Program-made: the position numbers and the translations under genes
Assembly: GCF_053078305.1 (NCBI RefSeq)
Contig: NZ_CP166876.1
Reading direction: 5' to 3' (one strand)
DNA: 6,795 nucleotides
Source: a plasmid
Notes under the pieces: model-generated
What the model was told of the DNA's origin: nothing
The model's database searches: none
What the model saw: only the letters and a program-made list of their open reading frames with translations
Part shown: piece after piece, positions 6,478 to 6,795 of the stretch
How the letters are laid out: each line of letters opens with the position of its first letter
Position numbering within the stretch: the first letter of the stretch is position 1

Positions 6478-6578
6478 ACGCGCTAAAAACGATTCTGACG
6501 CATTTTTTATGTTTACCCTGGTGTTTCCTTGTCTTTTTGTTTTTTTTGCGTCAGAAAGCGATTGAGGGTGTTTTAAGG

Positions 6579-6606
6579 GGTGCGTACAACGGGAGTTATG
6601 GTAAAT
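6579..6606 (+). other. XerC/XerD site-specific recombination core (cer-like multimer resolution site)
   Basis: The sequence 'ggtgcgtacaa cgggag ttatggtaaat' has a XerC arm identical to ColE1 cer (GGTGCGTACAA), a 6-bp central region (cer has 8 bp) and a XerD arm TTATGGTAAAT identical to cer. About 180 bp of upstream accessory sequence (about 6400-6578) includes the ARG-box-like palindrome. Confidence 0.8.
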
Positions 6607-6619
6607 GGATCGGGTTTTG

Positions 6620-6795
6620 GGGAATAATCGACAGGGTTTGCCGTTGGGTGTAGTGTAAGCGACTGAAAAACAAACGCCCCGTAAATCGTGCTCTCACCGC
6701 CAAGATTGATCACGAAATTACAGGGCGCCGGGTTCCGCGTCTCCCGATGGGAAAGCGCGGTTAGTTAAACTGTGTACCGAGAGGAATCGTAACAC
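6620..6795 (+). promoter_or_regulatory. Presumed rep leader / copy-number control region (rep promoter, antisense-RNA target), continuing into rep at position 1 if the molecule is circular
   Basis: A ribosome-binding site 'gagagg' (6778-6783) sits about 12 nt before the window end, positioned for the rep ATG at 1 across the circular junction. An imperfect stem-loop 'ccgcgtctccc gat gggaaagcgcgg' is at about 6757-6780. A candidate sigma70 promoter has -35 'tcgaca' (6628-6633) and -10 'tagtgt' (6651-6656). ColE2-type replicons control Rep translation with an antisense RNA against this leader; the exact RNA ends cannot be set from sequence. Confidence 0.35.

Noticed and set aside
6167-6565. ORFs 6167-6478 (minus strand) and 6281-6565 (plus strand) across the lysis gene, terminator and cer accessory region
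   Set aside because: They span a strong terminator hairpin and the recombination-site accessory sequences. The composition is not protein-like and no start context is evident.
1-6795. Possibility that the window encodes a novel, undescribed system
   Set aside because: Essentially every segment is accounted for by known colicin-plasmid modules (replication, mobilisation, SOS-regulated toxin/immunity/lysis, multimer resolution). The only components of uncertain function are the MobA C-terminal extension and the lys-to-cer repeat structure, which are flagged as findings rather than claimed as a new system.

Overview
The window reads as a complete or near-complete small colicin plasmid of the ColE2/E-group type, linearised at the rep start codon; I see no feature that requires a new system. 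Left to right: (1) a ColE2-type Rep initiator/primase gene (1-915) followed directly by a ColE2-like origin (about 916-965) and a short segment resembling the ColE1/pMB1 primosome-assembly region (about 1039-1095); (2) a divergent mobilisation module with a small MobC-like gene (1140-1406, minus strand), a candidate oriT carrying an RSF1010-like nick motif (about 1490-1545), and a MobA/MobL-family relaxase (1585-3804) with a long C-terminal extension of unknown function; (3) an SOS-regulated colicin operon: promoter with overlapping LexA boxes (3958-3988), an E-group colicin (4037-5707), its immunity gene overlapping the colicin stop (5697-6026), a 47-aa lysis lipoprotein (6124-6267) and a strong intrinsic terminator (6295-6327); (4) a cer-like XerC/XerD site (core 6579-6606) and the presumed rep leader/control region running to the window end. 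The colicin's cytotoxic domain has no HNH DNase motif and no histidine, which fits an E5-type anticodon tRNase best. All calls rest on reading the sequence and on remembered family motifs; no database search was run, so subtype assignments are provisional.
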